Source of the DNA: Callorhinchus milii
Lineage: Eukaryota
Assembly: GCF_018977255.1 (NCBI RefSeq)
Contig: NW_024704742.1
Coordinates: 22,632,001 to 22,696,000 of the forward strand
DNA: 64,000 nucleotides
Reading direction: 5' to 3'
Part shown: positions 63,501-64,000 of the stretch, piece after piece
Position numbering within the stretch: position 1 is the first letter of the stretch
Layout of the letters: the number at the start of each line of letters is the position of its first letter
Notes under the pieces: generated by a model
The model's input: the letters and a program-made list of their open reading frames with translations, nothing else
Told to the model about the DNA's origin: nothing
Databases searched by the model: none
Translations under genes and position numbers: made by a program

Positions 63501-64000
63501 AGTCATTACACAAAAAAATATTACTTGATGCTGCAAATCAAAAAAAAATTGTTCCTGACGCTGAGTACTTTAGCCTGTTACAGTTTACAGTTTACTACAG
63601 TTTATTTCAATTTATTGTGGCTTCAACATAGAATTGTTGCTGCACACGTGCATAATTCCAGTTTCAAGAGCATTGGTTTGATTTTTATTGAGTCTAATCA
63701 CTAAACTCCCCACAATTTGGATTGACCTTGACAATGGTAACATTGTAAGAACCAGCTTTGGTCTCCACTCTTCAATAACTTATTAGCCAGAGCTCAGCAC
63801 TGGGAAGCAGAGCTTAACACATTCTGAGACGCTGAATTTAATTCAGAATAGTGAGTTGGGTGCAAAACTGAAACTGCAAATGGTGGGAATTTCCCTAACT
63901 GAGGTAATCCTGGTTTCCCAGATTTCTGACTTAAAACAAAATGGAACAATTTCCAGAAAAATATTGACATCTGTAAACCTCCTTATTTCAATATTAGTAA

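Noticed and set aside
61168..64000. ARHGAP10 exon 6
   Set aside because: No sequence encoding the expected AD...SLEYV.K.QE segment was found; it presumably lies beyond the window.

Overview
Eukaryotic (vertebrate) genomic DNA, not prokaryotic. The repeat content (L2 and CR1 LINE fragments, Deu-type SINEs, a tRNA-Ala-headed SINE with an L2-type tail) points to a cartilaginous fish, probably a holocephalan; this is inference. The window holds the 5' end of one spliced gene on the + strand, ARHGAP10/GRAF2. Coding exons 1-5 (154, 96, 62, 72 and 102 nt, all GT-AG) join in frame to 162 aa of the N-terminal BAR domain, and the gene continues beyond the window. Exon 1 is bracketed by three GC-skewed tandem arrays: a ~1.9-kb 27-bp minisatellite upstream, then a TTAGGG-containing G-rich array and a (CCAGCCCCTGC)n array downstream. 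The rest is intergenic or intronic DNA dense in degenerate retroelements, with several nested insertions with target-site duplications and several local inverted duplications. Nearly all ORFs in the supplied track are repeat artefacts. I found no convincing new protein-coding system. The best leads are the repeat-built architecture around exon 1, a modular SINE family parasitising L2, an unclassified repeat family, and local fold-back or templated-insertion structures. Exon coordinates are exact; repeat boundaries are approximate.
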